A DNA stretch of 8,751 nt, from the NCBI GenBank assembly GCA_054661495.1, contig BAAFSQ010000367.1:1-8751 (forward strand), given 5' to 3'. A model generated the notes under the pieces. The model was not told the DNA's origin and did not search any database. It worked only from the letters and a program-made list of their open reading frames with translations. The position numbers were made by a program, and so were the translations under genes. The stretch is from Zygophlyctis sp. KS116. Its lineage: Eukaryota > Fungi > Chytridiomycota. Numbering within the stretch: position 1 is the stretch's first letter; each line of letters opens with the position of its first letter. Positions 7,901 to 8,751 of the stretch are shown piece after piece.

Positions 7901-8584
7901 TCCAAATGAAAATCTAGCTGATGGTGGGATACCAGAGAATATAGAACAGCGACTCTTGTCTCATCCAGGGGAAGATCTTGATTTAATTCCTAGCTCACTT
8001 CTAAGAAAATATATTGCTTATGCGCGTAGATATTGTCAACCCAGGTATAAGATTACATATTTTATCTATAGATTATCTCCAGAAGCAGCAGAAATTTTAA
8101 AATCGTTTTATTTGACTCTCCGGCGGTACTATATATACTATTGACTATTAGAGATCATTCTTCTAATGACGGAGTTCCTATTACAACACGGCAGTTGGAG
8201 TCATTAATCCGTCTTTCAGAAGCACGAGCAAGATCCGAACTTCGAAATATAGTCTCAAGTCAAGATGCATTGGATGTAATTTATATTATGAAGTCATGCC
8301 TTTGGCAAGCATATCAAGATGAAAAAGGGACGATAGACTTTTCTAGATCTCAACATGGAGCTGGAATGAGTAAAAAGGGAGATCCCAAACGATTCATGAC
8401 TCATTTATCCAAACTTGCATCAGAGTCTGGAGTATTTATCTTTTCTACAAACCAACTCAAAGACATTGCAACTCAACTGGGAATAAAAAGAGACAAATTC
8501 ACTAGCTTCATAGACTCATTGAATACTCACGGATATCTCTTGAAAAATGGACCAAACTCATACAAGGTTGTAAATTACTATTAG
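4983..8584 (+). CDS. MCM8: MCM8 DNA helicase (MCM AAA+ family), 730 aa as a single copy, interrupted here by an internal tandem duplication
   Basis: Single-copy exons 4983-5712, 5738-6401, 6427-6505, 7783-7833, 7863-8044, 8072-8125 and 8152-8584 total 2193 nt. Zn finger CVKC...CCTFGC, DWQKIKIQE, VPRTIDVEL, Walker A [53 protein letters not shown] (MCM8-type), Arg finger SRFD, PITTRQLESLIRL, and a C-terminal winged-helix-like end (LNTHGYLLKNGPNSYK). Confidence 0.9.
5257..7766 (+). repeat. Direct tandem duplication, period 1251 bp, two copies (5257-6507 and 6508-7758) plus 8-bp terminal microhomology AAGTATTT
   Basis: ORF pairs recur exactly 1251 bp apart with identical translations (5917/7168, 6161/7412, 5280/6531). 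Identity begins at 5257/6508 and ends at 6515/7766. No mismatch seen by eye, including in the introns. Confidence 0.97.
5713..8151 (+). other. Micro-introns in MCM8 (25-29 nt)
   Basis: 5713-5737 (25; duplicate 6964-6988), 6402-6426 (25; duplicate 7653-7677), 7757-7782 (26), 7834-7862 (29), 8045-8071 (27, in frame), 8126-8151 (26). Removal restores conserved motifs such as [17 protein letters not shown] and CQPRLSPEAA. Confidence 0.88.
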
Positions 8585-8649
8585 TTTTTTAATACTTTTA
8601 TTAAGATTATTCACAGTGCATTGAGAAACGCAAAATCTTCGCCATTGGT

Positions 8650-8751
<102 letters not shown>

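Noticed and set aside
8620-8649. Possible histone 3' stem-loop after the H2B stop (CCAATGGCGAAGATTTTGCG on the minus strand)
   Set aside because: It does not match the canonical 6-bp stem with 4-nt loop (GGYYYTTYTNARRRCC), and an AATAAA-like signal follows, which fits ordinary polyadenylation.

Overview
AT-rich, very compact eukaryotic DNA using the standard genetic code, most likely from an early-diverging (chytrid-like) fungus; the taxon is inferred. The fragmented ORF track is explained by many ultra-short GT-AG introns: 19 distinct ones, all 24-30 nt. Hand splicing gives, in order: SEC15 exocyst subunit (+, 313-2993, 11 introns, 795 aa); HIS5 histidinol-phosphate aminotransferase (-, 3088-4217, 1 intron, 366 aa); a 161-bp divergent promoter; an orphan gene (+, 4379-4986, 1 intron, 193 aa) whose stop overlaps the next start as ATGA; an MCM8 helicase (+, 4983-8584, 730 aa as a single copy); and the 3' end of histone H2B (-, 8650-8751). 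MCM8 carries an apparently identical 1251-bp internal tandem duplication with an 8-bp microhomology junction inside an intron. I found no RNA genes, CRISPR arrays or transposons. The best leads are the micro-intron splicing regime, the ATGA-coupled orphan/MCM8 pair and the MCM8 duplication, which may be an artefact.
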